From IMG/VR virus record IMGVR_UViG_3300035670_000148: a stretch of 20,000 nucleotides of DNA. One strand, written 5' to 3'. Below, one piece after another: positions 8,341-16,502 of the stretch; position 1 is the stretch's first letter; each line of letters starts with the position of its first letter. Source of the stretch: an uncultured virus (IMG/VR IMGVR_UViG_3300035670_000148). Taxonomy: Duplodnaviria > Heunggongvirae > Uroviricota > Caudoviricetes. Position numbers and translations under genes: made by a program. The notes beneath the pieces are model-generated. The model was not told the origin of the DNA, did not search any database, and saw nothing but the letters and a program-made list of their open reading frames with translations.

Positions 8341-11300
8341 ATGGAAGAGACTGATTTAAAGTCAACTGTGGATAGTTCATTGGCCGCTAACCAAAAGTCT
8401 TTGATTCAATCAATCAAAGACGCGGTGCGCGACACCTCTCTTAATGACTCTCAGTTAGCTGCAATTAGAGATATGGCAGCTAAAGTCGGTATTAAGTCAT
8501 TTAAGGATGTAGTCTCTGCAAATAAAATACCTCCTAAGACTAAACTTGAAAAGTATATGCTCTTACAGATGGAGAAGTTAGGGACACCTGCCAAGATTGC
8601 AACTTTCATAAATGATGTGGTGAGTTCTAAGACACAAGAAGAACTAGCAAAAGCCCTAGATTTACCTCCTGAGGATTTGGAAAAAATCCTACCGACTCCA
8701 ACCATCTCAGAAATATTTACGAGTCTTTTCAAGAAGTTCCTCGTGACCTTCTTTATTTCTTTCTGTTTCTCGTTCATGTATCAGTTTGTGAGTAAGCTAG
8801 AGCTAGTTAAAAAGGCAATGGAAGGGTGTCATAAATTTGTGAAGTTTGGTTCTCAACACAAGATTAAGATGGCGAGAATCGCTCGGCTTATAAAAAAAGC
8901 TGAGGGCTTTACTAGTCCAGAAAGACCTCGTATAAATTTCACAAAAGTACCCAAAGCACAAATGCTAGATATGCAAGTTTCTGAGAACCCTGCTCTTTTA
9001 GACAGAGACACAATTAGGGAAATAAATGTAAGATTGCAGGACTCTAGCAAGTCACTTTCATTGACTGCTGTAGCGGTAGATGAACGAGTACAATTCCTTG
9101 ATAATGAGGTCTCATTTGCGCGTGATCGGTTGTTAAATGTTGCCAAAAACTCACCCGATGCGTTGCCCTTAGCTAGAGAAGAGTTTAACTCGCTTTTATC
9201 TAAGGTTGAACAGGCTAAAGAGGTACAAAAGAAAATACAAGAAACTCGTGAATTGCTTGAGGCGGCTTCTACTCCAAGAGTTACCCCTGATTTAAATCAA
9301 CTAAGAGTTGAATTAGTGAATGGCGATTTGGCGGACAGGTTGAACCAGATTAATGCGAGTACGAAATATCTAGATAGAATAACTCAGCAAGCTCAAGTTG
9401 ACAGCTTCCATATTCAGGTATCTGACCAAAACATAGGCGGAACAGTAAGCTACGAGGGTCTAAGTGACTCTATGAAGAGAAAGGTAGAACTTAAAATAGA
9501 AACTGCTCTAATAGAGGCACAGAAATCCCAGAAAGATCTACTTGAAGTCAGAGATAAAATCCAAAATTACCAACAACAATTACTAGAACAAATACAAAGC
9601 CGCAATCAAGCGGGTATTTCTAGCACTACGGGTACTCAAGAATATGTGAAGGTTGTTAAAGAGCTTCAGGAAGCTCAAGCAGCTGTAGATAAGAGCACAC
9701 AGCAACTAGAAATATTGCAAGAGGCTTCAAGGAGACCTAGTCTCAAAATTTACAACGACATAAATGAACGTCTTTTGAGAGAAATACAAGACAACAAGCA
9801 AGTCGGAGGTAGTGTAGGTCTTACAGTAGAACAAGATTTTGAAACGGCTCAGAGAGCTATTGACCCTACGGATACAGAGAGAGGTTGGAAATTCGTAGAC
9901 AGGAGTGAGCAGAAAAGATGGCTGAAAGATATTTATGACCAACAGGATACTTTGGAGGATGCAAGAAAAACAATAGAAAAGAGTATTGCGCGCGCAGATA
10001 AGCAACTCGCAGAGCTTGAGAAAATGAAGAACGCTCCGAATGTGCATCCCGCAGATGCTAAGAGTGTAGACGAACTGATAAACCAAACAAGAGAAAAACA
10101 GAGGGTAATGACGGAGACATTAGGGGATATTCAAGAACAAGAAGGATACTATCGGCAGTTGGCAACCAAACCTTCTATTGCGGGTGTGCGTGACCATGTA
10201 AAAGATTTCCAGCAAGTTATACAGGAGACAAATCAAGAGCTTCAGAGTTTTAATGCCGAAAGACCGCTTGAAAAGGCTAGAGAGATTATTCATTCAGCTA
10301 TCGGTAGACGAAATGCGGAGATATTTCAGCAAATCCTTCAAGAAGATGTCAAAAGACATAATTGGCTTAATGAACTAAAGACGAAAGACCCTACTCTATA
10401 TGCAGAGGCACTCGGCTTAGAGGATAGCTATATATTAGCTTTTGACCAAGCACAGAAAATAATTGGTGACGACCCTAAGGTTTGGGCACTCGTGTTTGAG
10501 CAACACCCTGAATTAGACCCCCTACAATATAGTATTAGAGAAAACTTCGGTACAGGTACGCCTGAAATAAATATCAATGAGTTGAGTGAGCTATATCAGG
10601 ATGCACAAGAACAAGTATATGACGGAGAAATTCCGACAATTAAGAATGTAAAGAAGGTCGAAGACCAGATGACAGAGGTAAAAGATAAGGCATCTTACAA
10701 TATTTTGTGCGGAGCTGCACAATGGGCAGGCTTTAGCTTTTTGAAAACATTTACAACCTTTATTACCGGACTCGCGGGTGGACTCATTAAAGAATATATA
10801 TTACAAGGGGCGCTTCCCGCGTTCATCACAGCCTGCGCGGTATCTGTCATTATTGTGGGCAAAGGGATTATTTCTAGCATATTTGGTTTTATCACGAAGG
10901 GGGTTGGTTTTGTGAAGAATATGGTGTCTAGCTTATGGCAAAAGATTTTAGGTAAGCGTAAAAAGTTAGCCTCATCAAAAGCACTCCTTAAGCAAGCCAA
11001 AGCTAGAAATAAATATGCGGCGGCGGCGATTCCGATGGAACAAATTTCCTCTGAGGAGGACGTCTTAAAAGTGACTGAGAACGCGGTGCAGGAAGGGGTA
11101 AAAGCAAGTGCCTCAGAGTTATCAAAATTCTTGGGGCAAAGGTCAATATCCTCACTTAGAGAGCTTGCCTCCGAAGCGGGGTCTAAGGTGTTTATTCAAA
11201 TCTCTCAGAAACAAGATGTAGTAGATCCGAGAACTCCGCTAGAAGACTTGATTAAGAAACGAGTTGAGAGATTATCTGGGGGGGCGCGTCTTCAGTTTCT

Positions 11301-11844
11301 TTCGGACATCTCAAATGCTTCTTCAGAAGAAGAGATGATGGGACTCTTAGAAATAAAAGAGGCGGATAAAGACCTTTATTTCAAGGGAGTCTCAACAAGA
11401 GGGCAGAAGCTGTGGAAATTTGCATTAATCTTGAGCGTCACTTTCTTATTGAGTCTTTTCATATACGCAATAGTGGCTTCGGGAGCGTGGGCTACAGCTT
11501 CAGCTTCATTTATGAAGACCATGGCTCCAATAGCGGAGACAATGCACTCTGTATTAGGGTATGCGAGTGCAAAAGAGTTCTATACGGATTTAGCATTAAA
11601 CGCAGCGAAAAGCGCCCTTATTTCCACGACCATCTTAGGGGTTATTATGTATGGTCCTTCATGGATAAGGAAGTCAGTAGGTGCTATTAGTACTTGGGTA
11701 AGTGGACATATCTCTAAGATATGGAGTGTAATCAAGAAGGGTTTGAGTTATCTGAACCCTTTGAGTTACATGAAGAAGGCGAGTTCATATACGGCATCAC
11801 AAAAGTTAGTCGTCATAATGAGACAGCCTATTTGGGTCAGATAA
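8341..11844 (+). CDS. Membrane protein, two-unit member of family A with a 626-aa coiled-coil-rich insert (1167 aa)
   Basis: SD GAGGAG. Shares NQKSLIQxIKDAVR, KKFLVTFFISF, ILCG and AAKSALIxTTIxGxxMYGPSWIRKS with the 6237 ORF. Q/E/K/L-rich insert between Cys163 and Cys790. Confidence 0.85.
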   Translation: MEETDLKSTVDSSLAANQKSLIQSIKDAVRDTSLNDSQLAAIRDMAAKVGIKSFKDVVSANKIPPKTKLEKYMLLQMEKLGTPAKIATFINDVVSSKTQEELAKALDLPPEDLEKILPTPTISEIFTSLFKKFLVTFFISFCFSFMYQFVSKLELVKKAMEGCHKFVKFGSQHKIKMARIARLIKKAEGFTSPERPRINFTKVPKAQMLDMQVSENPALLDRDTIREINVRLQDSSKSLSLTAVAVDERVQFLDNEVSFARDRLLNVAKNSPDALPLAREEFNSLLSKVEQAKEVQKKIQETRELLEAASTPRVTPDLNQLRVELVNGDLADRLNQINASTKYLDRITQQAQVDSFHIQVSDQNIGGTVSYEGLSDSMKRKVELKIETALIEAQKSQKDLLEVRDKIQNYQQQLLEQIQSRNQAGISSTTGTQEYVKVVKELQEAQAAVDKSTQQLEILQEASRRPSLKIYNDINERLLREIQDNKQVGGSVGLTVEQDFETAQRAIDPTDTERGWKFVDRSEQKRWLKDIYDQQDTLEDARKTIEKSIARADKQLAELEKMKNAPNVHPADAKSVDELINQTREKQRVMTETLGDIQEQEGYYRQLATKPSIAGVRDHVKDFQQVIQETNQELQSFNAERPLEKAREIIHSAIGRRNAEIFQQILQEDVKRHNWLNELKTKDPTLYAEALGLEDSYILAFDQAQKIIGDDPKVWALVFEQHPELDPLQYSIRENFGTGTPEININELSELYQDAQEQVYDGEIPTIKNVKKVEDQMTEVKDKASYNILCGAAQWAGFSFLKTFTTFITGLAGGLIKEYILQGALPAFITACAVSVIIVGKGIISSIFGFITKGVGFVKNMVSSLWQKILGKRKKLASSKALLKQAKARNKYAAAAIPMEQISSEEDVLKVTENAVQEGVKASASELSKFLGQRSISSLRELASEAGSKVFIQISQKQDVVDPRTPLEDLIKKRVERLSGGARLQFLSDISNASSEEEMMGLLEIKEADKDLYFKGVSTRGQKLWKFALILSVTFLLSLFIYAIVASGAWATASASFMKTMAPIAETMHSVLGYASAKEFYTDLALNAAKSALISTTILGVIMYGPSWIRKSVGAISTWVSGHISKIWSVIKKGLSYLNPLSYMKKASSYTASQKLVVIMRQPIWVR

Positions 11845-11882
11845 TACTTTTATAACAGACTCCATAAGAAATAAGGAGTCTG
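11841..11882 (+). promoter_or_regulatory. Candidate late-promoter motif followed by an RBS-sequestering hairpin
   Basis: ATAATACTTTTATA at 11841-11854. CAGACTCC (11856-11863) pairs perfectly with GGAGTCTG (11875-11882), which contains the SD. Confidence 0.55.
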
Positions 11883-11885
11883 ATT

Positions 11886-12407
11886 ATGAATCAAAGACTA
11901 GCAAGAGAAGCCATCAGACGAGTGGCGAGTATAGACTTCCAGCACGTAGCCCAAGCCATCGAATATTCGTTACAAACGAAAGCGCCAAAATCTGCGACCT
12001 CTCAAGACATCAAGCAGATGTACACAGCATTCTCTCGTAGAGACCCTAGAAAGACTGATTATTATCCGAACACGGTGGTTGGGTATGAAACGAAGGCTAC
12101 TTATTCGTTAGATGTTTTAGAAATGGCTAGGTTTGATGATGTGCTTTTATCGCAGTTAGTCTCGTTAAAAGATTCAGATACCTCCAAGTTATCTGAGGCA
12201 TTAACAGCCCAAGCCAATAAAAATACTTGGCCCTATATCAGAAGAATGAGTTCCCTTGTCTTTACTTATCACGAGCCTAACGAGTTTTTTGTGAAGTTTG
12301 AGGTTCAGAAAATAGACACAAGTAAAGGTCGGTTGGTTTTAGATGTGGTACTAAAAGTAGCCCCTAAAAACCCACCTTTATATAGAGCGTACAAACCGGG
12401 TAGATGA
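11886..12407 (+). CDS. Hypothetical protein, paralogue family B (173 aa)
   Basis: SD AAGGAG; N-terminal RRVAS; aligns by eye with the 16035 and 16499 ORFs. Confidence 0.8.
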   Translation: MNQRLAREAIRRVASIDFQHVAQAIEYSLQTKAPKSATSQDIKQMYTAFSRRDPRKTDYYPNTVVGYETKATYSLDVLEMARFDDVLLSQLVSLKDSDTSKLSEALTAQANKNTWPYIRRMSSLVFTYHEPNEFFVKFEVQKIDTSKGRLVLDVVLKVAPKNPPLYRAYKPGR

Positions 12408-12431
12408 CTCAGAAAGCAGAGGGAGTTAGAT

Positions 12432-13958
12432 ATGAATATTATTCCTGTTTTATCTGCCAAAGTAAAAGCGGTGCTACCTCAGAAAGTCAAAGAGACAGTC
12501 GATCAAGGGCTTCTATATGCCAAAGTAGCTCCTGAGGACTTGAAGTTGATTAGAAATCTTATGGTTTCTGTTGGGGTAAAATCGTCTAAACAATTATTCA
12601 GTATGAATCCACCTAAACCTTCTAATAACTTAGAAGAGTTTTTGTATCTAAAAGCGTCGCATATGAAAAAGCCTAGCGACCTGACTAGTTTTATTTCAAA
12701 AGTATCCGTTGCACAAACTCAAGAAGAGCTTGCGATAGCCCTCGAAATCCCGCCTGAAAAAGTACATACTTTAATTCCGGACAGGGACTTTAAGGATATT
12801 GCCAAGGCTTCTCTAAAGTTATTTAGTGCGAAGACACTTGTCACGATATTAAATAATATTATGTACTATGGGTTCTTCCAAAACCTAGCATTTGTTAAAA
12901 TGCTTTTGGGGGAAATAATAGATGTAGGTGGTTTTATTGGGGGTTTGATTCAAAAGATTATTTTTTCAATCAAGAACACTATTGTATATACATTTATGAC
13001 ATTCATCCCTATGGGTGTCAGACTGATAGGGTCTAAAGTTGTAGACCCTATCTTGGGATTACTCACGAAGTTAACAACAAGTGCGCTTCTTTTAGGTAAG
13101 TCCGCTAAAGATGAGGGCATCAGTTTGGCAAAAAATATAGCGGAACAAACTGCGGAGGAACTCCCAAATCTAGTAAAAACAAATAAAATAGGTAGCGTTA
13201 TTCCAGACAAAGAGAATATTTCGGATGGTTTCTTGTCGGGGATTGTGACAGCGATCCAAACAAAAGCGAAACAGATTAGCAACTATTTCACAAAGTACGA
13301 GATTAGTACGCTTCAAAGAATGGCAGGCGAGGCAGGCTTGGTTTCTCTGAATCACTTTATTGACGCGGAGCAGACTGCCCCCTCAAATGAACTAGAGAAG
13401 CGGATTTATAAGATAATCTCTACATTAGAGCCAAAAGACCAGATTGAGCTTGTGACTTGTTTGTATGAAGCACAGAGTGAAGAAGAAATCGCGACCCTCT
13501 TGAAAATTGAACCCCATAATATTCCTTATTTTTTTCCAAATCGAGGTCGAAAAACGCTAAAGATAGCAGGGTATATTTCAATCGCATTTCTTGTAGGAAT
13601 AGCTCTCGCCTCGATGACCTCTCTATTAGGGGGGGTATCCGCTTTGAGCGCCGCGCTAACGAGTTTAACCGCGCCCCTAGTAAGTCATCTAGGCGCATTT
13701 ACCGGTGGTGTTGCAGTAGGTGTGTTCCTCAAAACTATGATTGCGAAAGGTGTCCTTTCTGGAGTAATCGGGACATCTATTAAGATGTTCTTATTTCAAG
13801 GACCAAGACAAGTAAAATATCTAGTAATGCACCTTAAGGAGTGGGTGGTTGGCGAGATAAAACAGATTTGGTCAAAGTTCAAGGGTTTCTTTAAGAAGAA
13901 GACCGCGCGCAGAATCACTTTTGGAGAGATGTTATTTGAGACATTTTCTTATATGTGA
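12432..13958 (+). CDS. Membrane protein, two-unit member of family A without insert (508 aa)
   Basis: SD GAGGGAG. Two helical-domain copies (PSNNLEE...TQEELAIALEIPP and PSNELEK...SEEEIATLLKIEP), each followed by hydrophobic segments. C-terminal GPRQVK...WVVGEIKQIW matches GPSWIRK...WV...IW. Confidence 0.85.
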   Translation: MNIIPVLSAKVKAVLPQKVKETVDQGLLYAKVAPEDLKLIRNLMVSVGVKSSKQLFSMNPPKPSNNLEEFLYLKASHMKKPSDLTSFISKVSVAQTQEELAIALEIPPEKVHTLIPDRDFKDIAKASLKLFSAKTLVTILNNIMYYGFFQNLAFVKMLLGEIIDVGGFIGGLIQKIIFSIKNTIVYTFMTFIPMGVRLIGSKVVDPILGLLTKLTTSALLLGKSAKDEGISLAKNIAEQTAEELPNLVKTNKIGSVIPDKENISDGFLSGIVTAIQTKAKQISNYFTKYEISTLQRMAGEAGLVSLNHFIDAEQTAPSNELEKRIYKIISTLEPKDQIELVTCLYEAQSEEEIATLLKIEPHNIPYFFPNRGRKTLKIAGYISIAFLVGIALASMTSLLGGVSALSAALTSLTAPLVSHLGAFTGGVAVGVFLKTMIAKGVLSGVIGTSIKMFLFQGPRQVKYLVMHLKEWVVGEIKQIWSKFKGFFKKKTARRITFGEMLFETFSYM

Positions 13959-13983
13959 TTCTGATTCTTATATGTGATCCTGA
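13946..13983 (+). repeat. 19-bp tandem duplication covering the stop codon of the 12432 ORF
   Basis: TTCTTATATGTGATTCTGA followed directly by TTCTTATATGTGATCCTGA (one mismatch). Confidence 0.9.
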
Positions 13984-14007
13984 AATTTCGTTTTCAAGAG
14001 GGATTAA

Positions 14008-14691
14008 ATGACTCGATTAGTGTGCATTTCAGATACCCATGAGCGGCACAGAGAAATGAGTCTACCCGATGGGGATATACTTATTCATGCAGGCGATTGG
14101 ACATATACAGGCGAACCTAAAGCTGTTCTAGATTTCTTAGATTGGTTTTCAAGCCAGCCCCACAAACACAAAGTATTTATTGCGGGAAACCACGAAGTGA
14201 CTCTAGACTCCTCAATGGAGGAAATGTATATCGCTCGTAGATTTGGTCTGATTGGAGACTTCTCTCGTTTGAGAGAAATAATATCAAAACCTATTTCGGG
14301 AGTCCACTATCTGTTAGATAGAGAAGTGGTGTTGGAAGGGCTGAGAATATATGGTTCTCCTTGGCAACCTGCATTTGGAGGTTGGGGCTTTAATAGACAA
14401 AGGGGAAAGGATATTTCTCGTGTTTGGAGAGACATCCCTACGGGGGTAGATATTTTAGTCACTCATGGTCCAGCTTATGGGTGTCTTGATAAGTTGGAGA
14501 CTTTTGAGCGGGTAGGGTGTTCAGACTTACTTCAAGAGATAGAGGATAGGATAAAGCCAAGAGTTCATATATTTGGGCACATTCATTGTTCATATGGGGT
14601 TTTAGAGAACAATGGAGTGACTTATATAAATGCTTCCTCTTGTGGAGAAGACTATCAGATAAGGAACGCCCCCATAGTGTATGATATTTAA
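14008..14691 (+). CDS. Calcineurin-like metallophosphoesterase (MPPED1/239FB-like)
   Basis: All five metal-binding motifs in order: SDTH, HAGD, GNHE, THGP, FGHIH; also YGSPWQP and INAS. Confidence 0.95.
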   Translation: MTRLVCISDTHERHREMSLPDGDILIHAGDWTYTGEPKAVLDFLDWFSSQPHKHKVFIAGNHEVTLDSSMEEMYIARRFGLIGDFSRLREIISKPISGVHYLLDREVVLEGLRIYGSPWQPAFGGWGFNRQRGKDISRVWRDIPTGVDILVTHGPAYGCLDKLETFERVGCSDLLQEIEDRIKPRVHIFGHIHCSYGVLENNGVTYINASSCGEDYQIRNAPIVYDI

Positions 14692-15650
14692 GGGGTCTTT
14701 GCGAGGTCTTGGAGTCGAGCGCGCAGGTCTTTCTTCCAAGCGTCAGAGATTTCGGTGACTTTGCCTATAAAGTAGATTTTGCCCGTAGCGGGATTCATCA
14801 TGCTATCTACACCTCTGCTTCTCTTAGTGTCCATAGAGAGATAAAGCTCACCTGACGCATTATGGGCAGCATATTTCAAAGGACCCATATAGAAGCGAGA
14901 AGAATAAGAGCTGAAGTCCTCTACGATGTCTTGGAAATCACCACTTGTACGCATGACTTCATTTCTTGAAGAAATATCTAAAGCAGAGAACTGCGCTCTC
15001 ACTTCTGGTATGGGGGCTTTACCTGCGCGCTCATACACTATGATAAACTTATCTGAACTCTCATAGAGTTCGAGGTACTTCTTGTACTTGGAAATATTAT
15101 CAAAGCCTACTCTATATAGACCAAGTCCCTCATGGGGACTCAAAGACTTCTCTCTCAGTTCTTCTTTGAGAGCCAAGATTTTAGCGAGGTCATTCTTCTT
15201 CTGTGCCGTAGCGATGCCTTTAAGGATGCCTGCAATCCTTACAGGGTTTGCAGCCTCAAACACATAAGTCTGAGAATCAATTTCTCCGGTGGGTAGAACA
15301 GGAGAAATAACGACAGAGCAGAGTTCATCAATATCTTGAGGCTTATTGATTTTAACGACTACGAAATAAGTGGGGTTACTAGGACCATAAGCGAGAGAAG
15401 CACAGATTTTGCTGTTGTTAGGGTTCGTACACTTACTGCCATCCACATAGACAAGTTCACCAATTTTTAGCTCACCTGTAGAAGTTGTTTTAGTAGATGT
15501 CGGAGTGGAGGTAGCGGGGGGCTTAATCTGTACGCCTGCTTTCACAAGCGCAGCCTCTACCTCGGTGACAGACATACCCAAAGGCTTTGAGAGGATAGCC
15601 CATGCAGCAAAAGCGGCGGAATTGTTTTGAGGGGTAGCTCTTTTTCTCAT
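14688..15650 (-). CDS. Hypothetical protein (320 aa)
   Basis: SD AAGGAG; long ORF; starts MRKRA; T/P-rich linker after an N-terminal helical segment. Confidence 0.8.
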   Translation of the reverse strand: MRKRATPQNNSAAFAAWAILSKPLGMSVTEVEAALVKAGVQIKPPATSTPTSTKTTSTGELKIGELVYVDGSKCTNPNNSKICASLAYGPSNPTYFVVVKINKPQDIDELCSVVISPVLPTGEIDSQTYVFEAANPVRIAGILKGIATAQKKNDLAKILALKEELREKSLSPHEGLGLYRVGFDNISKYKKYLELYESSDKFIIVYERAGKAPIPEVRAQFSALDISSRNEVMRTSGDFQDIVEDFSSYSSRFYMGPLKYAAHNASGELYLSMDTKRSRGVDSMMNPATGKIYFIGKVTEISDAWKKDLRARLQDLAKTP

Positions 15651-15690
15651 GTTTGAAACTCCTTAAAAAGTTGAGTGACAAGAGGTCCGT

Positions 15691-15704
15691 TATTAAGAAA
15701 CTAT
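15691..15704 (-). promoter_or_regulatory. Candidate late-promoter motif ATAGTTTCTTAATA
   Basis: Matches the recurring motif; 40 nt upstream of the 15650 start. Confidence 0.45.
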
Positions 15705-15757
15705 GGTATATTGAGGAGGGTTTACTTAGATAACCACCCACTCTCAAGGAGTTAAAA

Positions 15758-15988
15758 ATGTCCGAGATTACCTCATTAGAGCAGAAGCAGATGAAATTTG
15801 AGAAGAAGCGTCAGAAGCAGGACTTGAGGTTGCAGGCAGTCAATATGGCGTTCACTATTTTAGAGAAGAATGAAACCATAACTGCCGAGCAGGTCCTTAA
15901 GACGGCACAGAATATTTTAGACTTTTTAGAGGGTACTGAGCCTGCGAGTAAGAAGAAAACCACTACAAGTAAGACTTCCTCGAAGTAA
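15758..15988 (+). CDS. Small hypothetical helical protein (76 aa)
   Basis: SD AAGGAG; an extended -10-like TGGTATATT at 15704-15712 lies upstream. Confidence 0.75.
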   Translation: MSEITSLEQKQMKFEKKRQKQDLRLQAVNMAFTILEKNETITAEQVLKTAQNILDFLEGTEPASKKKTTTSKTSSK

Positions 15989-15993
15989 GATTT

Positions 15994-16031
15994 ATAGAGT
16001 GTTTATGAGGAACCCCTTTTAGAGAGGGGTT
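15994..16031 (+). promoter_or_regulatory. Candidate late-promoter motif followed by an RBS-sequestering hairpin
   Basis: ATAGAGTGTTTATG at 15994-16007. AACCCCT (16011-16017) pairs with AGGGGTT (16025-16031), which carries the SD. Confidence 0.5.
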
Positions 16032-16034
16032 GAA

Positions 16035-16502
16035 ATGTTCCGACAAATAACGATTAAAACAGCAACCGCGATTGCTAAAGCTATACAAAAGACTCTTCCT
16101 TTTAAGGAAAGAGTAGACGAGATTGAAGAAGATGTTAAGGTCACTCGTCGAGGCGGGTCTTTTTTAAGTTTGCGCGTAGTCGGAGTGCGTAAGCTAGAGA
16201 CTCATAAAATCCCCTTACTTGATATTGCACAAGAGGATATGGAAATATTAGGGGAGTTGGGGTCATTAATAGATGACGACGACACCTCTTATTTCTTATC
16301 TGGAATACTAACATCACTTGAGCCAAAAGATGTAGGGTTCAAGAAATATGTCAGCTCGTATGTTCAAAAGCATACTGAGCCAGAGATGTTCATTTGTGAG
16401 AGAAGGGTAGTTTGTTTCCGACAAGAAAAAGGTTTCTTAATAATGATGACTGAATATCTTATCAGACCCCGTACTAAGATTCTTTCTTTCAAGGAGAGAT
16501 GA
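16035..16502 (+). CDS. Hypothetical protein, paralogue family B (155 aa)
   Basis: N-terminal IKTA. LLDIAQEDMEILGELGSL...DTS and EPEMF...KGFL match the 11886 ORF. Confidence 0.75.
   Translation: MFRQITIKTATAIAKAIQKTLPFKERVDEIEEDVKVTRRGGSFLSLRVVGVRKLETHKIPLLDIAQEDMEILGELGSLIDDDDTSYFLSGILTSLEPKDVGFKKYVSSYVQKHTEPEMFICERRVVCFRQEKGFLIMMTEYLIRPRTKILSFKER

Noticed and set aside
6720..10710. Inteins as the explanation for Cys-bounded inserts
   Set aside because: The inserts end KKIL-C and YNIL-C rather than HN-C/S/T, and I see no intein block B or LAGLIDADG motifs.
8341..11844. Tape measure protein or SMC-like ATPase
   Set aside because: The coiled-coil part is an insert in a family A scaffold; there is no Walker motif, no regular Trp/Phe periodicity and no adjacent tail genes.
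15711..15747. Hairpin TTGAG...CTCAA upstream of 15758 as another RBS-sequestering stem
   Set aside because: Pairing is imperfect and covers only the edge of the SD; too weak to claim.
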